Positions 12,062 to 25,240 of a stretch of 64,000 nucleotides of DNA are shown here, in pieces. The notes below the pieces were generated by a model. The model was not told where the DNA came from. It did no database searches and saw only the letters and a list, made by a program, of their open reading frames with translations. Positions within the stretch are counted from its first letter, which is position 1. Each line of letters begins with the position of its first letter. Origin of the DNA: Octopus vulgaris (taxonomy: Eukaryota); assembly GCA_951406725.2 (NCBI GenBank), contig OX597823.1, positions 10,788,001 to 10,852,000 of the forward strand, read 5' to 3'. Made by a program: the position numbers and the translations under genes.

Positions 12062-15000
12062 TTCTAACATATAAAATACTGAATGTCAGGCAAATATATC
12101 GTATTTTTTCTCATTGCCCAATGTGCTTCTAAACACTGTTAGTTTGGCGCATTTGTATCGACGGAGATGAGTGAGATGAAGGGAGATATAAGTGCAGTAG
12201 TTGTTGCTCTTCTGCAGCAACCATTGGTGGTTTCAAGAATGAATATTTAGTTGTTCGATCAATCACAATAGCTGCACATTAAATCAGCTTGTAAATGGCT
12301 AAATGCTCCACCGGCTTGTGTACCATCAATACCCAGACAGCATTAGCACGACACAGTTTGTAACAAATCTGAGCCTTTGAATTACAGGCTCGATTCATCC
12401 GATAGGCTGCCACTCAGTTTCCATGTATCCAATCTCTTTGACAAAGCTGGGGTCGACAAATCTGGGATCATACAGTAGGCTCGAACCGGGAGCATCTTAA
12501 TATCGAAACAAAACTCTTTACTATTCAGTCTTTCTGTGTCCTTCTTCGGTGTGACTGTTGCATCACTTCAAAGTATTTTGGACTGATATTTTTTGTTTGT
12601 TTGTTTCTTTTGCATATTTGTCCACTAGAATGATGCCGTGTTCTTAGGCAGGAGGAAAGGCAGTGCTCATGTAAGTTGTTGTAGCGAGGAAGGAAGGTAT
12701 CCTGATACTGATCTGAATGCTTGTAATAGAGAGGACCTTGTTAAAAGCGCCCAAGTGGTGTTTTTTACCTGGTCACTGGATCACGTCTGTCAACTAAGTG
12801 GACTACGGATGGATTTGAACTTAGAAAAACAAAGACCCAAAACAAACACCAGTAGGCATCTAATAAGATGTTATTACCGCTTTTTTACCTTGGATTGGTT
12901 CTATTTTTTTTATTAAATCCGAAAGAACTGAAAGTTGACCACCGTGCGATTTGATCTTAGAAAGCCAAGTTTTAGATTAAATACCACACTTAATTTTATT
13001 TGGCGCTTTAACGGTTCTGTTAATTCACCGCCTATTACTTTAGATTACTGTGAAGTATGCTTGGTTGTTTTAGATCGACTGTACTTGCAGTGTCAGAGAT
13101 ATCGTGGGTTAGAGTATGTTAATGCCCTTAAAATATTTTGCTTTATAATAATTCCTTCCGCTGGCACAATAACACATAATAGTAAGCGAAGGGAGAGCAG
13201 TGAAATCGATTGAATCAATCCAATTGATTTTTACTGATCGAACCCTCGACCAACGAAAGGCAGAAGTAGAGGAGAACGCAGTGAGATGTAAATAATGTTG
13301 AAAGTAATTTTGTCCGACGCTTTAACGATTCTGCCATCTGCATCACCCACATCTAGTATATTATTTAGGAGTATAAGAATATAAACAGATATCAATGCAG
13401 TAATTCAGAAACTAGCAATTTAAACTGCGATGTATTTCAATGGAACAGGCAAGTTACCACTAGTAACAATAATATTGGTAATCCATAATGATCACCTAAA
13501 GCGAGTAGCATACAAATAAGTCTGTAAAAATGATTGGAGAATAGAGAGATTTTGTTTTTGTTATTTTCTATAGAATTTAATGAGTCCTTGCAGTTGTTTA
13601 AGGTTCTTATTGAGAAAAGAATTACCACACAGCACTTTCCATTGCAATCTATAAAAAAGATTTTATAATTGGATGGTAAACAATATTATTAACACTCCTT
13701 GGATATATAATATATGCGCGCGTGTGTATATATTCTTACATGCGTACATATAGACACGTTTTATATAGTCATATCATATATATTTTGCTCTTCGCTTAAT
13801 ATGTGTATGGAAGCAGTTTTAATGATTGAGATAGAGTCATGATTGCAAGATGAAAAGAATCTGTTGTTGTTTTGTATTTTTAATAAATATATTTTAAATA
13901 TAGTAATAGGAGCACATCATGTTGATAAAGAAGCGAGAAGCTACGTAGTAATTGAATAGTGCCATGATAACATAAAGCGTCATAAAATGGACGGCGAAAA
14001 TAGATTAGGTAGGATTTCAGCAGAAAGCATGTTAGAAAACAAAAGAAGAGAGAATAGAGAAGCAGTAAAATTCTGAATGGTGTTGTAGATTATGGAAATT
14101 GGAGGAGAGATTTGGCTAGAGATTAGCAAAAAGGTAATTAAAATATACATGGAATGTCATTAGAAGTTCTGGTAGGGAGAAAGAAAAAAAAATTTAAGAG
14201 ATATCATATGGAATAAACAATTACCGAAAGAAAAAATGTAAGTAAAAAAGAAAATAAATAGAAGAAACGAGACTATTAGTGAGATAATATGGTTGACAGT
14301 GGATAATGTTTATGGCTTGTTTGACTTTTAAAATTGTAATCTATTCCATATAAAATATCCATTGTTTTTATTTAGCTCTGAGAGATATATATGTTGTGTG
14401 TTATAGAAATTGAACGTTAGTGTTCAGTGATGTGTGAACGTTATCTCTTGCTAGTTCATTGTCAAGTATTCCCATGTCACAGCGATTGCCCGAAATTATT
14501 ATATGAGTATAAAGTCTTTATGGCAATGGATTGATATATGCGCCATTGTTTCAGTATCTCTCTGTGCGTGTGTGTATTGTGTTGTGTGTGTGTGTGTGTG
14601 TGTGTGTGTGTCTGCCTGTCTGTCTGTTTGTATGTCTGTATATATGTGTGTATGAATGTTCTCTTCTCTTTATAATTATTTAACTTCCTCCTCTGAAGAA
14701 GAGCTAGTTTTAACAAAGATACAAAACTCCATCATTGGAATGTAGATAGCAAAAACAATGTGACATTTTAAACTTGATAAAAGTCTTGCAATTTTTACTA
14801 AAACACTTACAGATTGTATTAGTAATGGTGCGAGTTAATTGGTCGATTTCTTTTTCTGAAAAACCCTGGCTTATCTAAATTGTCATTTAGGCATTAACTC
14901 ACAAAGCCAAGTGCACAAATTATAAATGTTATATATGTGAATATATAATCTGGATACAGAAGCTAGAGGTTTCGATGCAGTTAGCCATATCTATCCTATT

Positions 15001-15214
15001 TTTCCTTGATTTTCAAAGAGATATTCACGTCAGCAGGATGGCAGACCTCTATGATGGTACATACTTTTCATTGTCTGTCCTAAATAACAATATCCGGCCA
15101 GTTATGTTTACACTTGAGAGAAATTTTAACGGAAATGTTCCAGTAGTGTTCCTTTTTGTTGATGTTTTGTTTCTATTCAATAACAGGGGGATTTTCTATA
15201 TTTATTCCTGGACA

Positions 15215-15655
15215 GGCGTAGGAGTGGCTGTGTGGTAAGTAGCTTGCTTACCAACCACATGGTTCCGGGTTCAGTCCCATTGCGTGGCACCTTGGGCTGG
15301 TGACTTCTACTATATGCCTCGGACCGACCAATGCCTTGTGAGTGGATTTGGTAGACGGAAACTGAAAGAAGCCTGTCGTATATATGTATATGTATATATA
15401 TAAATATATATATGTATGTATGTGTGTGTATGTGTGTGTGTGTGTGTGTGTATGTTTGTGTGTCTGTATTTGTCCCCCCAACATCGCTTGACAACAGATG
15501 CTGATGTGTTTACGTCCCCGTAACTTAGCGGTTCGGCAAAAGAGACCGATAGAGTAAGTACTAGGCTTCAAAGAATAAGTCCTGAGGTCGATTTGCTTGA
15601 GTAAAGGCGGTGCTCCAGCATGGCCGCAGTCAAATGACTGAAACAAGTAAAAGAG
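15215..15655 (+). mobile_element. Full-length SINE type B
   Basis: tRNA-like head, CORE-like segment, internal TA/TG tract, tail ggcggtgctccagcatggccgcagtcaaatgactgaaac. Confidence 0.93.
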
Positions 15656-15968
15656 ACAGTCTTCATTCTGAATGGCATCGTATATTGTTTTTACGACAGA
15701 CATGTTTGATCATCTGAGGAAGCTGTAACGTCTGAGCGTCTGAGAAAGCTGTAATGTCTGAGGAAGCTTTAGCATAATGCACAAGTACTAAGCTCTAAAT
15801 GCCGTACATCTTATACCGAAAACAGTTTCAAATTAATGAATAATTAATGCATAATTTTCTGTTCTTCCGTCATATGTTTCATTTCATATTACGCCCGGAG
15901 CTCAACTGAAGCAAACATCAGTTTATTAATATCGCTGTACCTCAGAGACACACAATACAAATATATAT

Positions 15969-16440
15969 AAGCGGCAAGCTGGCAGAAACGTTAGCACGTC
16001 GGGCGAAATGCTTAGATCAAACTCCGCCGAGGTCGACTTTGCCTTTTATCCTTTCGGGGTCGATTAAATAAGCACCAGTTACGCACTGGGGTCGATGTAA
16101 TCGACTTAATCCGTTTGTCTGTCCTTGTTTGTCCTCTCTGTGTTTAGCTTCTTGTGGGTAGTAAAGAAATAGAAATAGGTATTTCGTCTGCGTTATGTTC
16201 TGAGATCAAACTCCGCCGAGGTCGACTTTGTCTTTCATCCTTTCGGGGTCTATTAAATAAGTACCAGTTACGCACTGGCGTCGATATAATCGACTTAAAC
16301 ACTTTGTCTGTCCTTGTCATATATATATATATATATGAAGAGAGTATAGGAAGTACAGAGGGAGATAATTGACAGGCATTAAGATTGACCTAATTGTCCC
16401 CTCTATATTTAGCCCCCTGTGGGCAACAAAGAAATAAATA
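15969..16440 (+). mobile_element. SINE type A dimer interrupted by a (TA)n plus 60-bp insertion at ~16319-16394
   Basis: Junction aaagaaatagaaata|ggtatttcgtc; the tail resumes after the insert. Confidence 0.85.
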
Positions 16441-16493
16441 TATATCAGCCATATATGCATGTGTGTGTGTGTGTGTTTGTACATGTATATATA

Positions 16494-16878
16494 TCTCTCT
16501 CTATATAAACGGCAGTTTGTCTGTGCGTGTTTCTGTGTGTCTGTTTGCTTGTACCCTCACCCTGACCACGGCTTTCAACCGATTCTGATGAAACTTGACA
16601 CACACATAGCCCAATGTCATAATTCAAAACTAACGCAGCGAAAATTTTGAAAAGTTCCCCCAGTTCTGAAAAAAATCGATAAATTCGACATGTGGTCGAG
16701 AATCAGGAATACGAACCACAAACTGTCTAGGGGACGCAACTCTACCTTTTTTAACTCTCAAAAAAAAATTTACCATCATTTTTTTCCATTTTTTTGCTAT
16801 TTTTTTGCTATAACTCTCTAAAAATGTTTTATAGTTATTTCCCTTACAAACCTGAGCAACGCCGGGCGATACTGCTAG
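16494..16878 (+). mobile_element. Non-autonomous Helitron
   Basis: a|TC start; 3' hairpin cctgagcaacgccggg plus CTAG|t; 3' part shared with other copies. Confidence 0.8.
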
Positions 16879-17049
16879 TATATATATATATATATATATG
16901 CCACAGAAGAAGGGCAAAGCTGTATCACACGCGGGATTCGAATGACACGTGCAGGATTTCGTGGTAAGCAGAATAGCTTCATTAATTGACAAATCAAACC
17001 ATATTTCGACTTCCATAATCTCAATTAGAAAACTTGACCTAAATCTTTC

Positions 17050-17297
17050 ACTCACACTCCCTCCGTCCCTCTCTCCTACTCCCCCTCTCTCTGTATATAT
17101 GAATCTTCGCCATGATAGACCGATAGCCACTACACATTCTTTATTTTCTCTCCTTGTTTCTCTCTGTGTTCATTTCTGTTTAAGAGCGTAGGCTCGAAAC
17201 GTTAAATACTTTTTCACTTCCCGAGCGTTGAACTAATACATCTGTTTGTTGTCTACACTACCTGCCTTTGTCTTTTGTTTCTTTTTGTGAACTCTCC

Positions 17298-17300
<3 letters not shown>
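17050..17300 (+). mobile_element. PLE-like non-coding element, HHR-variant family (motif at 17172-17207)
   Basis: ATTT-CTGTTTA-A-GAG CGTAGG CTC-GAAAC-GTT-AAAT; ends in (TA)n; homologous to the copies at 21250, 33440 and 50575. Confidence 0.65.
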
Positions 17301-17331
<31 letters not shown>

Positions 17332-17342
17332 TTTTTATTCTT

Positions 17343-17545
17343 TTATTTGTTTCAGTCATTTAACTGCGGCCATGCTGGAGCACCGCCTTTTAGTCGAGCA
17401 AATCGACCCCAGGACTTATTCTCTGTAAGCCTAGTACTTATTCTGTCGGTCTGTCTTGCCGAACCGCTAAGTGACGGGGACATAAACACACCAGCATCGG
17501 TTGTCAAGTGATGTTGGGGGACAAACACAGACACACAAACATATA
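17343..17545 (-). mobile_element. SINE type B 3' half
   Basis: Reverse complement of the SINE-B tail. Confidence 0.88.
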
Positions 17546-17769
17546 CATACAACTAGTTTTTGTGGTCAGTTAGTAAATGATAAACTGTCAAACTCTGTAT
17601 AAATTCAAAACTTTTACATCGCATGAAATAAATTTAGATATAGCTCGGCTTTGTCATTAAGCGCTATTATGGCTCTTCCGCAATGTAGCTCCTTTTGTTT
17701 CGCCTTATTTGCTACGCAAACAGCACTCTGTAATACGCATTGCCCAACACACACAAATACCACACACAG

Positions 17770-17873
17770 GTGGTATCTTGGGCAAGTGTCTTCTGCTATA
17801 GCCCCGGGCCGACCAATGCCTTGTGAGTGGATTTGGTAGACGGAAACTGAAAGAAGCCTGTCTTATATATGTA

Positions 17874-17938
<65 letters not shown>

Positions 17939-18125
17939 TTGTCCCCCTAGCATTGCTTGACAACAGATGCTGGTGTGTTTATGTCCCCGTTACTTAGCGG
18001 TTCGGCAAAAGAGACCGATAGAATAAGTACTTGGCTTACAAAGAATAAGTCCCAGGGTCGAGTTGCTCGACCAAAGGCGGTGCTCCAGCATGGCCACAGT
18101 AAAATGACTGAAACGAATAAAAGAG
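17770..18125 (+). mobile_element. SINE type B, 5'-truncated
   Basis: CORE-like segment through tail. Confidence 0.88.
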
Positions 18126-18197
18126 AGAAAAGAGAGTAACACAATTACACACGCACGCGCACATACCAACGCACACGCACGCACAGGCGTGTATATA

Positions 18198-18257
<60 letters not shown>

Positions 18258-18528
18258 GAGAGTAATGGAAGTAGAGAGGGAGATAATTGACAGGCATTAA
18301 GATTGACCTAATGTTGTTTGCTAGAAACTCATGAAAACATCATATATGCACGCACACACACGAATGTATATATATATATATACACGTTCATAGATACACT
18401 CATACGTACATACATACAATTATCCATCAATTCATTCATACATCTATAATTCATATATCATACATGCATATGTACGTACAAACATACATAAATACATTGA
18501 TCCATCAATCCATCATTCCATCTTTACA

Positions 18529-18684
18529 TGCATACATACATACATACATACATACATACATACATACATACATACATACATACATACATACATACATACA
18601 TACATACATACATACATACATACATACATACATACATACACACACACATACATACATACATACATACATACATACATACATACA

Positions 18685-18718
<34 letters not shown>

Positions 18719-18732
18719 CGTACATACATACA

Positions 18733-18768
<36 letters not shown>

Positions 18769-19034
18769 CATACATACATACATACATACATACATACATA
18801 CATACATACATACATACATACATACATACATACATACATACATACATACATACATACATACATACATACATACATACATACATACATACATACATACATA
18901 CATACATACATACATACATACATACATGCATACATACATACATACATACACACACACATACATACATACATACATACATGCATACATACATACATACATT
19001 CATACATACATACATACATATATACGTACATACA

Positions 19035-19068
<34 letters not shown>

Positions 19069-19567
19069 CATACATACATACATACATACATACATACATA
19101 CATACATACATACATACATACATACATACATACATACATACATACATACATACATACATACATACATACATACATACATACATACATACATACATACATA
19201 CATACATACATACATACATACATACATACATACATACATACATACATACATACATACATACATACATACATACATACATACATACATACATACATACATA
19301 CATACATACATACATACATACATACATACATACATACATACATACATACATACATACATACATACATACATACATACATACATACATGCATGCATACATA
19401 CATACATACATACATACATACATACATACATACATACATACATACATACATACACACATACATACATACATACATACATACATACATACATGCATGCATA
19501 CATACATACATACATACATACATACATACATACATACATACATACATACATACATACATACATACAT
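18529..19567. repeat. ~1-kb (CATA)n array
   Basis: Directly visible. Confidence 0.98.
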
Positions 19568-19757
19568 GTAGTTCTTTTCCTTTTGGCACTGAATCCAATA
19601 TCGTCCTTACTGCAGAAAACAAATGGTTACATGCTAGGATCTTCAACTGCTAGAAATATAAATGTAACTCATGGTTTCTTTGTAGACGACCTCAAGATTT
19701 ATGCTAAAAGTATTAAGAATGCCAAAAAAACAACTGGAATTAATAACAACATTTTCA
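19568..19757 (+). pseudogene. Reverse-transcriptase fragment, R4/Dong-like non-LTR retrotransposon
   Basis: Translation LFLLALNPISSLL..GY......VTHGFFVDDLKIYAKS resembles the LF.LALNPLS / HLLY.DDLKLYA motifs of R4-clade RT. Confidence 0.7.
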
Positions 19758-20494
19758 TACATAAAACAAAACACACAAATCAGCACGTATACATACATAG
19801 ATACATACGTACTTACATAAATACATACCCTGTTTTTAAGAGATATACATACATAATAGCCTGTTGTTGATGTTGAAATTCCAATGAAGGAACTTTGAAT
19901 CTAAGTTAGAAACTGGCTTTTCTCCTATAGGCATAAAATCTTGAAATAAAACTGAATAATGGCATACACACATACACAAACGTGTGTAGATTCTAGGTTC
20001 AGTCAATTCTGTTTGAGCTGGATCTACGATCAATATATCAACGTATACAGACGCGCGTGTTAATGTATATATACGTGAGTGTGTGCATGATTACATTTTT
20101 ATATATGTGTGTGTCTGGGCATATATATGTGTGTGTGTATGTGTGTGTGTATGTGTGTGTGTGTATGTGTGTGTGTGTGTGTGCGTGCATGTGTGTTGGT
20201 GATTCTTCGTTTTCTTTTATATTCCCTTTAATTGAAGCTCACAGAATAATCGTAATTTTTCTTTTCTCTTTTTCGAAAAGCCTGACAAAAAGTGATCCGA
20301 AAACATTATTTAATCTATTCTTCCTCCAATGCAATCATCTCATTCATATGTAAATTTAAGTACATAGTTTCGTCCTCATGACCTATATTCATAGTATCTT
20401 TTCAGTCTAAATCCTTTCTTGGCTGGTTTTACCAACGATTCTACGATTTCGTGTAACTTCCTTTAAACGTAACTAGAGAGTCGGTGCTCCTGAT

Positions 20495-20634
20495 GTGTAT
20501 GTATGTATGTATGTATGTATGTATGTATGTATGTATGTATGTATGTATGTATGTATGTATGTATGTATATATGTATGTATATTTGATTTGACTGTGTGTG
20601 TGTGTGTGTGTTTGCGTGTGTGTGTGTGTGCGTA

Positions 20635-20669
<35 letters not shown>

Positions 20670-20745
20670 TTGGTGCGCTTCTTGTATATATTGGCTGATT
20701 CTTCAGTAATTATTTGACTGCTTTTTGTGTATAACTCATTAAAAT

Positions 20746-20791
<46 letters not shown>

Positions 20792-20901
20792 TATATACAT
20801 ATATATATATACGCATATATATATATATACACATATATATATATATATACATATATATATACATACATATATATATATATATATACATACATACATATAT
20901 G

Positions 20902-20933
<32 letters not shown>

Positions 20934-20935
20934 TT
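20495..20935. repeat. Compound TATG/TG/TA microsatellites
   Basis: Directly visible. Confidence 0.9.
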
Positions 20936-21249
20936 AGAAGAAATGAGGTAATCCTGTACATCATCTCCAAACCTTCCAATATATATATATATATATGCTC
21001 CCTCACTCTCCTCTCTCTCCCCCTCCCTCCTACATCCTCTCACCCAACTCTCCTCTCTTGCCCCGACTCCTAATTCTCTTCACTCCTACTTCTCTTCACC
21101 CCCTACTCTCTTTCCCTCTTCTCTCCCACTCTCTTTCTCTCTTTCTCTCCCCTCTTTCCCTCTTCTCTCTTACTCTCTATCTCTCTTCTCTCCTCCTCTC
21201 TCTCCTCACATAACCACCTTTACCTCCCCCCATAAGCTCAATATATCGT

Positions 21250-21468
21250 TTGTGACCCTTCTGTCCGAGTGAGTCGCCATGATAGATCGTTAACCACTAC
21301 ACACGTTTGTTTTCTCTCCTTGTTTTTTCTGTGTCCCTTTCTGTAGAAGAGTGTAGGCTCGAAACGTAAAAGACGTATTCTATTCTTGAGCCTTATACTC
21401 ATACATCTGTTTGTTTTGTACACCACCTGTCTTCGTCTTTTGGTTTTTTTTTTCGTAAACTCTCCATA
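21250..21468 (+). mobile_element. PLE-like non-coding element, HHR-variant family (motif at 21337-21372)
   Basis: CTTT-CTGTAGA-A-GAG TGTAGG CTC-GAAAC-GTA-AAAG; ends in (TA)n. Confidence 0.7.
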
Positions 21469-21470
21469 TG

Positions 21471-21582
<112 letters not shown>

Positions 21583-21588
21583 TATATA

Positions 21589-21647
<59 letters not shown>

Positions 21648-24134
21648 TGGTACTCGAACCAACGAGTTGGTACTCGAACCAACGAGATGTCACAAAAACG
21701 TCTTAGACTTAATTTTCAGCAATCACACTGATACTATCCACAATATTGCAGTGGAGAAAACCCTACTCTCCGACCATGACATGGTTCTCTGTGATCTGAG
21801 ATTTCACTGGCCAAAATGCAAAACAAATGTCATCCCTCCTGTTCATCCATTTGACACTATGGATTTCCACAATGCAAACTGGGAAGCGATCAATAATGAT
21901 CTTGCACAAGTCGATTGGTCCTTCACGCACACATACACACCCACTAACATCAAAAAGTCCTGGCAGTCACTTGTAGACACCATCACGAACATATGTGCAA
22001 GACACACCCCATTAAGATCTGCAAACAAATCTAAGTGTCGAATCCCTAGAAATAGAAAATCTCTCATAAGGAAAATTAAAAGAATCAACAAAAAGATCAA
22101 CATGCTGAAATACTGTCAACAGCAACACACCAACCTGACTGCCATCTCGTCGCTAGAGATTAAAAAACATAAACTCCAAAACAACATGATGTCTATCATC
22201 AATAGTCAGCGAAGAGCTGAAGAGGCCTGGGCCATTGAGAAGATCAAACTCAATCCCAAAGTGTTCTTTTCATTTGCAAAAAAACACAGAGTCACTGGTT
22301 CTACTGTTGGCCCTCTGATTGATGAAAATGGTATTCTTCAAGACAATGCCAAAACCATGGGAGAAATATTGCAGAAACAATATTGCTCTGTTTTCAGCAA
22401 TCCTGATATGACTGATCTGGGCTGTATCAGTGATGTTACTCCCCAATACACTTTATCGGACATAACATTTGGCGCTCCTGATGTCTTAGCAGCAATAAAG
22501 GAAATGAAGCATAATTCAGCAGTAGGTCCCGATAGGTTCCCTGCTTGTGTCTTGAAGATGTGTCAAAACCAACTTGCACCCCTCTAGCCAATCTGTGGCG
22601 GAACTCATTGGATGCTGGATATATACCAGAAGACCTTCTATCCCAGTCTGTTGTCCCAGTTTTCAAAAAGGAAACAAATCGCTTGCCGTGAATTACCGTC
22701 CAATCTCACTCACCTCTCATATCATCAAGGTATTTGAGAGGGTGCTGAGATCGCGTATGACTCACTTCCTTGAGAGTCATAATATGCTGAACCCCAACCA
22801 GCATGGATTCCGTAATGGGAGAGATTGCCTGACGCAGCTACTGCATCATTTTGATGACATTTTGAGAGCCTTGGGAGAGGGTTCCAACACTGATGTCATC
22901 TACCTTGATTTCAGCAAGGCCTTTGACAGGGTTGATCATAAGATCCTTCTGAGAAAGCTGTCCAATATTGGTGTCACTGGAAAGCTGCTGCAATGGATCA
23001 AGTGCTTCCTCTCTAACAGAACCCAACGTGTTGTAGTCGAAGGAGTCAAATCCAGCCCAGCCAAAGTCAGCAGTGGTGTCCCACAAGGCACTGTGTTGTG
23101 CCCACTTCTCTTCATCATCTACATAAATGATATTACTGACACCATCAAACACAGCAACATCAGAACCTTCGCTGATGATTCCAAGCTCCAGAAGGTCATC
23201 AATGGCGTGGATGACCGAATAAACCTTCAGTCAGACCTACTAGCTGTTGTCCAATGGGCGGAAAAGAATAACATGTTGCTAAATGAAGACAAATTTGAAC
23301 TGATCCACTTTGGAAGGGAGGACGCTCTGAAACTCCCATACTCTCTTCCTTCTGGAGAAATTCTCATGGCATCCAACAACATCAGAGACCTGGGAGTAAC
23401 AGTGGACAACAACATAAGCTGGGCTACACATATAAGCAGCAAAGTTGACATGGCCCGCAGATTGTGTTCCTGGATTCTCAGAACCTTCCAGTCGAGAGAT
23501 TCCCACGCTATTATCCTTCTCTTCTCCACTTTTGCCCGACCCCACCTTGAATACTGCTGTCCACTGTGGTCTCCCTACACAAAACAAAATATTATGAGAA
23601 TTGAAGCTCCCCAAAGGTCAATCACAAAAAAGATAGATGGCATGTCAGACCTTGACTACTGGGGTAGACTAGAGAAGCTGAAATTGTATTCACTCCAACG
23701 ACGCCGTGAACGCTACATTATCTGTATGATGTGGAAAATATTCCATCAGCACTGTCCGAATGATGTTGGCATCACCTTCAAAATGCATCCAAGGCTTGGA
23801 CCACGTGCCATCCGTCCACAACAAAAATCTAAATCGCATCACATAACGACAATACGGCACAACTATTTCACCTCAATTGGACCCGCTCTCTTCAACATTA
23901 CACCAGGACACGTCAAAAAAGAAACTGACCACACAAAATTCTGAAGTCTTTGGACAAATTCCTTCAAACAGTACCGGACAAACCATCCACACCCGGATAT
24001 GTCTCCGCAAACAATAACTCTCTGCTCGAATGGGCCTTGGTGCCCAAATCCTGAACTGAAAGACTTCGCCAGGTGGTGCTATTAGACATGGCCTGGGCCA
24101 ATACTGGCCAAAAACCTTTCTAAGTTATTCTAAG

Positions 24135-24137
<3 letters not shown>
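21648..24137 (+). mobile_element. 5'-truncated LINE (CR1/L2 group) inserted in (TA)n
   Basis: ORF2 with APE C-terminus and RT; structured 3' UTR; tandem tail (ttctaagtta)2; TA tracts on both sides. Confidence 0.92.
21667..24054 (+). pseudogene. LINE ORF2 (APE endonuclease C-terminus plus reverse transcriptase), ~3 frameshifts
   Basis: TR...LDLIFSN...SDH; NYRPISLTS; QHGFR; YLDFSKAFDRVDH; GVPQGTVL.PLLF; FADD; RPHLEYC; LYSLQRRR. Shifts near 22580, 22668 and 23940; stop at 24052-24054. Confidence 0.93.
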
Positions 24138-24204
<67 letters not shown>

Positions 24205-24206
<2 letters not shown>

Positions 24207-24340
24207 GACGGGCTTCTTTCAGTTTCCGTCTACCAAATCCACTCACAAGGCTTTGGTCGGCCCGAAGCTATAGTAGAAGATACTTGCCCAAGTTGCGACG
24301 GAGTGGGACGGAACTCGGAACCATGTGGTTCGCAAGCAAG

Positions 24341-24342
<2 letters not shown>
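24205..24342 (-). mobile_element. SINE type B 5' fragment
   Basis: Reverse-complement match to the SINE-B CORE-like region. Confidence 0.85.
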
Positions 24343-24430
<88 letters not shown>

Positions 24431-24454
24431 TATATATATATATATATTCTACAT

Positions 24455-24645
24455 AAGGCATCGAGCTGGCAGAATCATTAGCTCGCCGGAATGCCTAGCA
24501 ACATTTCGTGTCTGTCATTATATTCTGAGCTGAAGTTTCGTCGAGGTCGGCTTTGCCTTTCAGCCTCTCAGTTGATAAAAAAAAAAAAGTACTAAAAATT
24601 CTTCATGAGAACTGGGGTCGATGATATCGATTCATCCCCCTCCTC
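24455..24645 (+). mobile_element. Degenerate SINE type A
   Basis: gagctggcagaatc...gaggtcggctttgcctttca...ggggtcgat. Confidence 0.7.
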
Positions 24646-24940
24646 CTAAAACGGTGTGTGCATGCGTGTGTATAACAAAATACTGCATTGTACAGTTATT
24701 TATCGATGAATTATGCTTAAGCGAGATATATACAATATATATTTCGTTCTTATTTATTTCTGATTCACCAGGGATCGCTAACTTTGTCTTGTCACTGTCA
24801 ATATAGCTTTCTCTGAATAACGTCAACAAACGATTGTAAATGTAAAGAAATTTATATATAATAATATTAAGTTAGTACTGGGAATTAATGACAAAAGTGA
24901 CAATGTTTGTACTTTTACAGTTAAATTAAATGTATATTCA

Positions 24941-25240
24941 TCTTTATATATAAAAGTGAGGTTGTGTGCTGTCTGTCTCCTACGATTTAGATTCCGAACT
25001 ACTCCCACATTTTGCGGTGCAGTTTAACCAAAACCGGGTATCTTATAGTCGTGATTCATATCGAGCCCTTCTGGGTATTAGCGCGCGTCTACGATGAGTC
25101 TACGATTTAAAAACAAAAATTACCATCATTTTTATTCTATTTTTAATGCATTTTTTGGATATTTTTGGCTATAACTCTCTAAAAATGCTTATATAGTTAT
25201 TTCCCTTACAAACCCGAGCAACGCCGGGCGATACTGCTAG
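24941..25240 (+). mobile_element. Non-autonomous Helitron (unit 1 of a tandem dimer)
   Basis: a|TCtttatatataaaag...cccgagcaacgccggg cgatactgCTAG. Confidence 0.88.

Noticed and set aside
12400-13340. Faint SINE-A/B-like remnants
   Set aside because: Too degraded to set boundaries reliably.
15713-15770. Short tandem tctgaggaagctgtaa(c/t)g repeats
   Set aside because: About three degenerate copies; ordinary slippage.
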